Made by a program: the position numbers and the translations under genes. Under the pieces are notes generated by a model. It had not been told where the DNA came from and ran no database searches. It saw only the letters and a program-made list of their open reading frames with translations. 64,000 bases of DNA, taken from the NCBI GenBank assembly GCA_052390235.1, contig JBQTHB010000002.1:288001-352000 (forward strand), read 5' to 3'. The stretch comes from Deltaproteobacteria bacterium. Lineage in GTDB: Bacteria > Desulfobacterota_D > UBA1144 > Nemesobacterales > CSP1-2. How positions within the stretch are numbered: the first letter of the stretch is position 1; each line of letters opens with the position of its first letter. Shown piece after piece: positions 10,542 to 19,546 of the stretch.

Positions 10542-10697
10542 TTACTTCTGCCGAACAATCTCCAACACCCTACCTAAAAACCTCTTCATTGTTATGAGGG
10601 GGGAGGAGTACTTTAATAAACTCTTACTCCCCACAAGAATTACTTCATGCCTTACCTTCCCAGCTCTTAGCTTCTCAGCCCGTTTTACTAGTATCAT
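10542..10697 (-). CDS. 51-aa basic small ORF inside the 248-bp trailer unit of the CRISPR array
   Basis: TAGGAGAACAAATG (RBS+start); MILVKRAEKLRAGKVRHEVILVGSKSLLKYSSPLITMKRFLGRVLEIVRQK*; stop 1 nt before the degenerate repeat; below the ORF-track length cutoff. Confidence 0.5.
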   Translation of the reverse strand: MILVKRAEKLRAGKVRHEVILVGSKSLLKYSSPLITMKRFLGRVLEIVRQK

Positions 10698-10788
10698 TTG
10701 TTCTCCTATGTTTATAATTTGTAAATGAGTGCAACGCCTCTAGCGTGATTGCCAGTTGAAACAATTGAAACTCCTCCTCTGTCTCCCC

Positions 10789-13700
10789 GTTTCAATCCCT
10801 TATAGGTAGGCTAAGAACTCGCGGTACTCGGCTAATTCCCGACCTACCCAGAAATGTTTCAATCCCTTATAGGTAGGCTAAGAACATGAGTCTCAAGGGC
10901 TTGCCCCGACTAGAGGGGCGGCAGTTTCAATCCCTTATAGGTAGGCTAAGAACCAACTTTTCCCCCGAAGGGGCATAAAAACATTCTGAGGTTTCAATCC
11001 CTTATAGGTAGGCTAAGAACGAGGCTGTTGCCCGACATTGGGTTATCGATGTCCCGGGTTTCAATCCCTTATAGGTAGGCTAAGAACGCGAGTCAGAATT
11101 GATTACCTTCCAACTAGTTCTGGTTTCAATCCCTTATAGGTAGGCTAAGAACTCATGCAGGTATTGGAGTACAAGGCGAAATTTGGGGGGTTTCAATCCC
11201 TTATAGGTAGGCTAAGAACCTCTTGCCACGTGGCATGAGGTTATCTGGGACCGGTGTTTCAATCCCTTATAGGTAGGCTAAGAACGGATCGCCGAAGCAT
11301 CGGGGTGGTTTGTATTTACGTAGTTTCAATCCCTTATAGGTAGGCTAAGAACGCACCTGCCACACTGCCAACATAGACGCAAGTCCTGTTTCAATCCCTT
11401 ATAGGTAGGCTAAGAACGCAGGCTATCGCCGACCAGCAGTATCAGAGACTATAGTTTCAATCCCTTATAGGTAGGCTAAGAACTCGCGGCTATGTCTGCG
11501 GAACGTAGGTTATCCTCCGTTTCAATCCCTTATAGGTAGGCTAAGAACCGGCGTCATGCCGGATAAGGAAGCGGCGTCCCGCCAGTTTCAATCCCTTATA
11601 GGTAGGCTAAGAACCATTTCGTGAGTACGGCAGTAGCCGTACTCGTTAAAGTTTCAATCCCTTATAGGTAGGCTAAGAACTTTTTTTTTTTGCGGGAGGC
11701 AGCGCTCCCGCTCGCATGTTTCAATCCCTTATAGGTAGGCTAAGAACTTTGTGCAAATTTGCACAAGTTGTGTTTTACTGCTCCGTTTCAATCCCTTATA
11801 GGTAGGCTAAGAACCGCTCCACTCCCCGCGAATGTAAAAATCTTTCTTTGGTTTCAATCCCTTATAGGTAGGCTAAGAACGAGTGGAGCGGTGACCGAGG
11901 GGAACCTCGGTACGTTCTGTTTCAATCCCTTATAGGTAGGCTAAGAACACTGGGTGAGTTCTATTTCATGCAGAATTACGAAGAGTTTCAATCCCTTATA
12001 GGTAGGCTAAGAACCCCCACTATCCTCTTCCACTCCGTCCCCGGACTCGTGTTTCAATCCCTTATAGGTAGGCTAAGAACTTTTGGAAGCAATCGTTACG
12101 ACGGCGGAAGCCGTCAGTTTCAATCCCTTATAGGTAGGCTAAGAACCGGAGGTCCGGTGGCGAGTGGGAAGTGCTGGATGTGTAGTTTCAATCCCTTATA
12201 GGTAGGCTAAGAACAAAAGTCTTTTTTAATAAACATGAACCCTCCTTTGTGGTTTCAATCCCTTATAGGTAGGCTAAGAACCGTGCTTACCACCACCCCC
12301 AAAGGGGGGCTTGAATCGTTTCAATCCCTTATAGGTAGGCTAAGAACCGTTTACCGCCGCGTACGATTGCCCGTCTGTTATATTGTTTCAATCCCTTATA
12401 GGTAGGCTAAGAACCGGGTGGTTTACTTTTATGCGGATTATTTTTGTACGTTTCAATCCCTTATAGGTAGGCTAAGAACCCGCACCACTCACCGCGAATG
12501 TAAAAATCTTTCTTCGGTTTCAATCCCTTATAGGTAGGCTAAGAACCAACGGTTACAAATATAAGACCCGTCGAAGGTTCATGTTTCAATCCCTTATAGG
12601 TAGGCTAAGAACATTTAAAACTGCTCTTATTGCCGGGAAAAGAGCCCGGGTTTCAATCCCTTATAGGTAGGCTAAGAACGCGGACAAAGGGAGAGAAAAA
12701 ACTCCTCCCGTTTAGCGTTTCAATCCCTTATAGGTAGGCTAAGAACTACGACCCCTTCGTAACCTCTTACCCTCCCAACCCCGAGTTTCAATCCCTTATA
12801 GGTAGGCTAAGAACTTTCTTTCTCCCTATACTCCGTGGTAAGAATATAGGGTTTCAATCCCTTATAGGTAGGCTAAGAACCCCGGGTGGTTTACTTTTAT
12901 GCGGATTATTTTTACAGTTTCAATCCCTTATAGGTAGGCTAAGAACTGTTTCTCTCCACATTCGATACACCCTTGCGGTTAATGTTTCAATCCCTTATAG
13001 GTAGGCTAAGAACGACGTCTAGGGGTGTATGTAGATGGGGGTTTATAACAGTTTCAATCCCTTATAGGTAGGCTAAGAACTTGTGCAAATTTGCACAAGT
13101 TGTGTTGTACTGCTCCGTTTCAATCCCTTATAGGTAGGCTAAGAACCGTAGGTTATCCGTTTGGGTCGGGGGCATCGCGGAAGGTTTCAATCCCTTATAG
13201 GTAGGCTAAGAACTAAAAATCTTCCGCCCCTCCGGGAGGGGCGTTGGTGGTTTCAATCCCTTATAGGTAGGCTAAGAACAATTAAAAAAATGGCTAGCTT
13301 TAGAGACCCGGGTCTCGTTTCAATCCCTTATAGGTAGGCTAAGAACCAGATTATCCACCTCCCCCAAAGGGGGGAATGAATCGTTTCAATCCCTTATAGG
13401 TAGGCTAAGAACAAAATCCCAACAATGCGAGCGGGAGCGCTGCCTCCCGGTTTCAATCCCTTATAGGTAGGCTAAGAACTAGTGATTATTTCCGAGTGGG
13501 ACAAGGAGGTTCCGCCGTTTCAATCCCTTATAGGTAGGCTAAGAACAGGATAAAGAAAAATTTGGGGCTGACCCCACCCCGGGTTTCAATCCCTTATAGG
13601 TAGGCTAAGAACAAGGAGGTGTCAATGTTTACAAAAAAAGATTTTTACCGTTTCAATCCCTTATAGGTAGGCTAAGAACGGTATTTCCCGCCGTACAGGT

Positions 13701-16700
13701 ACAGTCGCACCACGGCGTTTCAATCCCTTATAGGTAGGCTAAGAACTTTCTCTAGCATCACGACATCTCCTCACTATTCTTTTGTTTCAATCCCTTATAG
13801 GTAGGCTAAGAACGAAAACATCGAACGGTGTAGGCGTATCCCCGTTCTGAGTTTCAATCCCTTATAGGTAGGCTAAGAACAGACTTCGATACCATCAATT
13901 CTGCACCCGATGTTATGTTTCAATCCCTTATAGGTAGGCTAAGAACTCCAAGATTACACCACCACCTATAGCAACCCCCGCTTGTTTCAATCCCTTATAG
14001 GTAGGCTAAGAACTATCAGACAGCCTCCGCTCCGAAGGATGGCTTCTGGAGTTTCAATCCCTTATAGGTAGGCTAAGAACGTACCGGCAAGGTTTCCGTG
14101 CTTGTTTGAGGAGTTCAAAGTTTCAATCCCTTATAGGTAGGCTAAGAACCTCCCTTGTCGAGGTTAGAGGGTTATTAGCCGAGGGGTTTCAATCCCTTAT
14201 AGGTAGGCTAAGAACCCATAATTCCATCAGACACCTCAAATATCTTTTTCGTGTTTCAATCCCTTATAGGTAGGCTAAGAACTCTTGGATAAGGTACAGC
14301 CTAGCTTTGCGAACGCAGTTTCAATCCCTTATAGGTAGGCTAAGAACTATATCTCTTTCTTCATTTTAGGATTTTCCATATTAGTTTCAATCCCTTATAG
14401 GTAGGCTAAGAACTGGTGAGCTATGATAGCGAGCGCAAGAGATTCTATCGTTTCAATCCCTTATAGGTAGGCTAAGAACTTCCTCATTTATTTATCTCCT
14501 TTGTTTTTGTTATCTGTTTCAATCCCTTATAGGTAGGCTAAGAACACAGACGTCATACGAATAAACATCTATTTGGCTTTTGTTTCAATCCCTTATAGGT
14601 AGGCTAAGAACAAGCGAGAATCTCCTTTCGCTCCGCAGACAGCCTTGGTTTCAATCCCTTATAGGTAGGCTAAGAACCTGACAAGAAGAAGAAGAAGGGG
14701 GTGAAGTAATGAGTTTCAATCCCTTATAGGTAGGCTAAGAACCCCGGCAACGAGTGCCATTTTAAATTCTGCCTCCGGTTTCAATCCCTTATAGGTAGGC
14801 TAAGAACTCTTGGCTAGTCTGGCTCAGTCCGACCCTTCTCTCACGTTTCAATCCCTTATAGGTAGGCTAAGAACGCTTATTGCCCGTCGGATAACTCGCG
14901 CCAGTGAAAACGTTTCAATCCCTTATAGGTAGGCTAAGAACTATTAGAGCATCGTTTTTGTATAGTATCGAGAGGTTCGGTTTCAATCCCTTATAGGTAG
15001 GCTAAGAACGGGATAGAGAGAAAGAAATAAGAGTTCGCAAGCCGAGTTTCAATCCCTTATAGGTAGGCTAAGAACGAGAGGTGTAGGCAGGTTATTTCGT
15101 GCATCTCTGCGAAGTTTCAATCCCTTATAGGTAGGCTAAGAACGAGCCAGGCACGGCGGGGCAAGCGGGCGGGCGGTGGTTTCAATCCCTTATAGGTAGG
15201 CTAAGAACGCGCGCCCCGCTCGCTCCGCACTTTCGGTTGCTCCGGCGTTTCAATCCCTTATAGGTAGGCTAAGAACTAGGCTTATGTTCCTTAGCCGATT
15301 TGTACTTACCATGTTTCAATCCCTTATAGGTAGGCTAAGAACGAACACGGCGGTAACGCTAGATGCCGGCAATACAGATATGTTTCAATCCCTTATAGGT
15401 AGGCTAAGAACTGGTGAGCTACGATACCGAGCGCAAGAGATTCTATAGTTTCAATCCCTTATAGGTAGGCTAAGAACAATTGAACCACAAATCAACTATC
15501 AGGCTGATATATTCGTTTCAATCCCTTATAGGTAGGCTAAGAACCGACGCCCTGAGAAAACGGCTTTATATACGTATCCTTGTTTCAATCCCTTATAGGT
15601 AGGCTAAGAACTTGTTTGCGTTGTCGTATTCTGTACCGAGGGAACAGTTTCAATCCCTTATAGGTAGGCTAAGAACGCGGTCTAGCCACTGAGTCCGAGA
15701 TTGCCTCGTTGTTGTTTCAATCCCTTATAGGTAGGCTAAGAACGCAAGAGGGTAGGGAGATGATGATTTCCGTTGCCAGTTTCAATCCCTTATAGGTAGG
15801 CTAAGAACTTCGGAGAGGAGCTTAGAATCTGGGGTATGTTCCGGTGTTTCAATCCCTTATAGGTAGGCTAAGAACCCCCCCGCTCGCGCGCTCCTACTTC
15901 CTTCTTATTTGTTTCAATCCCTTATAGGTAGGCTAAGAACGTTGAAGGCTTGGCAGGAGTTTGTCGAAAAGAATAGGTTTCAATCCCTTATAGGTAGGCT
16001 AAGAACGGGAGGATGCAAAAACGACTGGAGTCTAACAACTTCCGTTTCAATCCCTTATAGGTAGGCTAAGAACCTATCGAAGAATTTCAAAAGTATATCC
16101 AAGAGGGAAAGTTTCAATCCCTTATAGGTAGGCTAAGAACGGGAGGGGGAGGGCGGAGTCGGCTTCATCTTCGGCGGTTTCAATCCCTTATAGGTAGGCT
16201 AAGAACGGTTTGAGCAAGGAGCTATGAAAGCCGTTCGGAACGGTTTCAATCCCTTATAGGTAGGCTAAGAACGCACTAGGGAAAGACATAGCTAGGCGCA
16301 AAGAAGCGAGTTTCAATCCCTTATAGGTAGGCTAAGAACTCGTATTCTGTACCGAGGGAACACAATAAGGCACAATAGTTTCAATCCCTTATAGGTAGGC
16401 TAAGAACAAGCCCTTTGGGAGTAATGTAATCATCGGGGATTCTGGTTTCAATCCCTTATAGGTAGGCTAAGAACTGAATATAGTTGACGGGCAATCGTAC
16501 GCGGCGGTAAAGTTTCAATCCCTTATAGGTAGGCTAAGAACGAGATAAGAACTGTACGTCCGTCTGGCACATGGAAAGTTTCAATCCCTTATAGGTAGGC
16601 TAAGAACAGGGCTAGAGGCTCAGTTTATCCCTTTTGAGCTACCGTTTCAATCCCTTATAGGTAGGCTAAGAACGCGTTGTGAATAGGCGAAATCGCGGAA

Positions 16701-17345
16701 CAGGAGAGAAGTTTCAATCCCTTATAGGTAGGCTAAGAACATGTATTCTCTGCCTGCGTCTTCGTCTGAAGATGAGGTTTCAATCCCTTATAGGTAGGCT
16801 AAGAACGCAGATATCCTTTATGCCCGTGAAATCGGAGATACGGGTTTCAATCCCTTATAGGTAGGCTAAGAACATGAGTAACCCTGAGAAGATAGAGAAG
16901 AATTTACGCCCGTTTCAATCCCTTATAGGTAGGCTAAGAACGATGCTATCTCCAAACTAGAAATCACCGGAGAAGCAGTTTCAATCCCTTATAGGTAGGC
17001 TAAGAACATGAAGAGTCAAAAGCAGTCAAATCAAAGCGCCTCACACGGTTTCAATCCCTTATAGGTAGGCTAAGAACTCGGAGATACGGTGAAAGTTTTA
17101 CGCGGATGGAGCTAGTTTCAATCCCTTATAGGTAGGCTAAGAACATTTCTCTTCGGATTTGGTGTTCGTTTTCCATTATGTGTTTCAATCCCTTATAGGT
17201 AGGCTAAGAACGCGTTTAAGGTTTCTTCTTGTGCTAGTACACTGCGAAGTTTCAATCCCTTATAGGTAGGCTAAGAACTTTCAACGATGAGCTATTCCTA
17301 CAAACCAAAGCCTAGGTTTCAATCCCTTATAGGTAGGCTAAGAAC
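10789..17345 (-). CRISPR. Type I-B CRISPR array, about 99 repeats and 98 spacers (hand count), 30-bp repeat GTTCTTAGCCTACCTATAAGGGATTGAAAC
   Basis: Invariant 30-bp repeat with 35-40 bp spacers; 3' ATTGAAAC handle; AT-rich leader on the cas2 side and degenerate repeat at the far end give the orientation. Confidence 0.99.
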
Positions 17346-17515
17346 CCATTTCTCCCCAATAAATTCAGCATTTTCGATTATCAAAGAACAATATCTAAAC
17401 TTAAACCTCTTATTTAACATTCTATGAAAACTCCCTGAAATTTCAACATTTTCCCTAAGTTTGCCTCTTCCGTCTATCCTCCGGTGTTTTTACGCTATTG
17501 GGGGTGGACGGAAAA
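17346..17515 (-). promoter_or_regulatory. CRISPR leader
   Basis: AT-rich non-coding stretch between cas2 stop and first repeat; imperfect inverted repeat TCCGTCTATCCTCC...GGGGGTGGACGGA. Confidence 0.85.
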
Positions 17516-17779
17516 TCAGATGAATCTCTCTTCGCCTCCTTTTTTCACCCCTATGAGTAGCCGGTCGGTGTATTTGGTCGTCCTAAATGTGTAGAATATC
17601 AGAGAGTCGTAATCTTTGTCAATTATGGCTGTTAGCTCGTATCTGAGCTTCTCGAATTGCGCCTCAGTGAGTTCGCCTTCGAGCACGGAATTCTGCACCC
17701 AATACAGATATTTGCGGGCGGTTTTCAGCACCTTGGCGACTCTCTTTTGCCCAACGTCATAGACTAGGATGATGTTCAT
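17516..17779 (-). CDS. cas2: CRISPR-associated Cas2
   Basis: ILVYDV...RKYLYWVQNSVLEGEL. Confidence 0.97.
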   Translation of the reverse strand: MNIILVYDVGQKRVAKVLKTARKYLYWVQNSVLEGELTEAQFEKLRYELTAIIDKDYDSLIFYTFRTTKYTDRLLIGVKKGGEERFI

Positions 17780-17816
17780 AATTCATGATACATGATGTAT
17801 CGCGCATCTCGGCAAA

Positions 17817-18818
17817 TCACCACTCCCACAGAAACGGCGTATATTCCTCCTCCCCCATGAGGTGCTTTTCCAATTTATATAGCTCAAGCCTTATGAGCCG
17901 TCTATTCGACACGGGCTTCCCAATTTTCTTATGAGTGATGGTTGTCTCAAGCCTCTCCTCAAACTCCCTGGAAAATATCTTTGCGCCGTCTTCATTCATG
18001 ACCACGCCGTCCATTTTTTTCTCGAAATGGTTTTTCTGGAGTTGCCCCTTGTTGACGAGCGAGAATATCATCCTATCAACGAAAATGGGTTTGAACACCT
18101 CCGCCACATCCAAATTGAGCGTGAATCGCCTGAAATTCGTCGTGTGAAGAAACCCGATGCGCGGGTCTAGGTGGGTTTTATAGATTTCGCTCAGCACAGT
18201 TGTGTAGAGTAGGGAGTTGCCGAAGCTGATGAGGGCGTTTAGGCGGTTTTTAGGCGGGCGGCGGGTGCGGGATTCAAATTTGAAATCGCCATCTTCAATA
18301 ATCCCATCGAATGTGGAGTAATAAGCCTCTCGGATGTTCCCTTCAATCGCCATGAGGGAGTCTGTCGCCTCCTGCTTCGGGATGCTCTCGGAAAGGGCTG
18401 AGATGTAATCCGAGGTTTTGCCGATGTCCGCGCTCTCTTTCCTTCGGGCGTAGTAGTCAATGACTTTACGGATGTTGCCGACTGCGCCTTCGATGAATTT
18501 GCGGGCTATGGCGATTCTGGCTTTGGGGTCGTTGTAGTAGGTTGCCTGCTTCAGCGTCATGTAGCCTGAGTTTAGGTGTTCGCGCGGGTAGAAACTGCCG
18601 ATGTAGTATTGATAGTGGTTGAAGAAGTGGAGGGTTATCTCTTTTTGCGATGCGAATTCCAGAAACCGCTTATTCAGCGTAACCTCGCCAAATATCATGA
18701 GCTCCTGCGTTCCCTCGACGGGGATAAATTTCTTCTCGCCCCGCTCGTTCTCGAAATAAATTGTGTTGTCCTTGCGCTTAAGCTCGCCGTCGCTGAAGAT
18801 GAATATGCGTGTTTTCAT
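17817..18818 (-). CDS. cas1: CRISPR-associated Cas1 (type I-B)
   Basis: LMAIEG, RRPPKNRLNALISFGN, IGFLH, LDVAEVFKP. Confidence 0.98.
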   Translation of the reverse strand: MKTRIFIFSDGELKRKDNTIYFENERGEKKFIPVEGTQELMIFGEVTLNKRFLEFASQKEITLHFFNHYQYYIGSFYPREHLNSGYMTLKQATYYNDPKARIAIARKFIEGAVGNIRKVIDYYARRKESADIGKTSDYISALSESIPKQEATDSLMAIEGNIREAYYSTFDGIIEDGDFKFESRTRRPPKNRLNALISFGNSLLYTTVLSEIYKTHLDPRIGFLHTTNFRRFTLNLDVAEVFKPIFVDRMIFSLVNKGQLQKNHFEKKMDGVVMNEDGAKIFSREFEERLETTITHKKIGKPVSNRRLIRLELYKLEKHLMGEEEYTPFLWEW

Positions 18819-18869
18819 CTTTTTCTAGGTTCTAGAGTGGTTTTCACACTAGTTTAATCCTTATGAAGC

Positions 18870-19015
18870 TGTCATGCCCGAAGTAGTAATTGGGCATCCA
18901 TGTCTTCAACTACTAGATTCCCGGCTTAAAAACTGCGGGAATGACAACCTCTTGCATCTTGCCCAGGATACCGGAGTTTCTGTCCGGTCTCTGGATACTG
19001 CGGGAATGACATCCC
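18870..19015. repeat. REP-like palindromes between cas4 and cas1
   Basis: GTCATGCCCG..TGGGCATCC, GATTCCCG..CGGGAATGAC, GCGGGAATGAC. Confidence 0.8.
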
Positions 19016-19036
19016 GCATCCTCCGTGCGTTACGCT

Positions 19037-19546
19037 TTAACTCCAGCAAAACTCCCGATATCCGCAGTTTGTGCAGTAGCCAATCTTTACCGCTTTTGGC
19101 GGAAGCTCCTGTGCGGCGATTCTCTTGATTTCATCAATTGCCCCCTCAAGCTCCGCAACCAACGCCTCGGTGAGCGAGACCTTCTCCTTCCTCTTCTCCT
19201 TCGGAAAAAGAAGCTCCCCTTCAGCCTCGATGCCGTAATCCCGCAGAACGTACAGATAGTAGGCAAGCTGCATCCTTGCCGCCTCTATCGCTTTTGAGCT
19301 TTTCTTAATCTCGCCGACCACGACTTTATCCTCATCGAGCCGCGTGAGGTCAATCACAACATTTTCGAGATGAATCTGCTTTTTATCTCTCTGATACGTG
19401 TTTTCGTTTATAAACCTCCCAAGCTCTATAAATGCATTGTCCTGATCCGGCACGATGTTCCTCGTCATAAGCCAAAGCTCTCGGCGGCAGATGTAGTAGC
19501 AGTCAATGAGAGTACCGTTCACTTTAAATTCGCTCTCGGCTACCAA
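19037..19546 (-). CDS. cas4: CRISPR-associated Cas4
   Basis: YYICRRELW, EIKKS, QLAYY, C-terminal C..C.YREFC Fe-S motif. Confidence 0.97.
   Translation of the reverse strand: MVAESEFKVNGTLIDCYYICRRELWLMTRNIVPDQDNAFIELGRFINENTYQRDKKQIHLENVVIDLTRLDEDKVVVGEIKKSSKAIEAARMQLAYYLYVLRDYGIEAEGELLFPKEKRKEKVSLTEALVAELEGAIDEIKRIAAQELPPKAVKIGYCTNCGYREFCWS

Noticed and set aside
11968..16864. ORFs 11968-12201 and 16679-16864
   Set aside because: Translations of CRISPR repeats (FQSLIGRLRT recurs); not genes
10789..17345. Self-targeting spacers
   Set aside because: No match to the rest of the window noticed by eye; an exhaustive search was not possible
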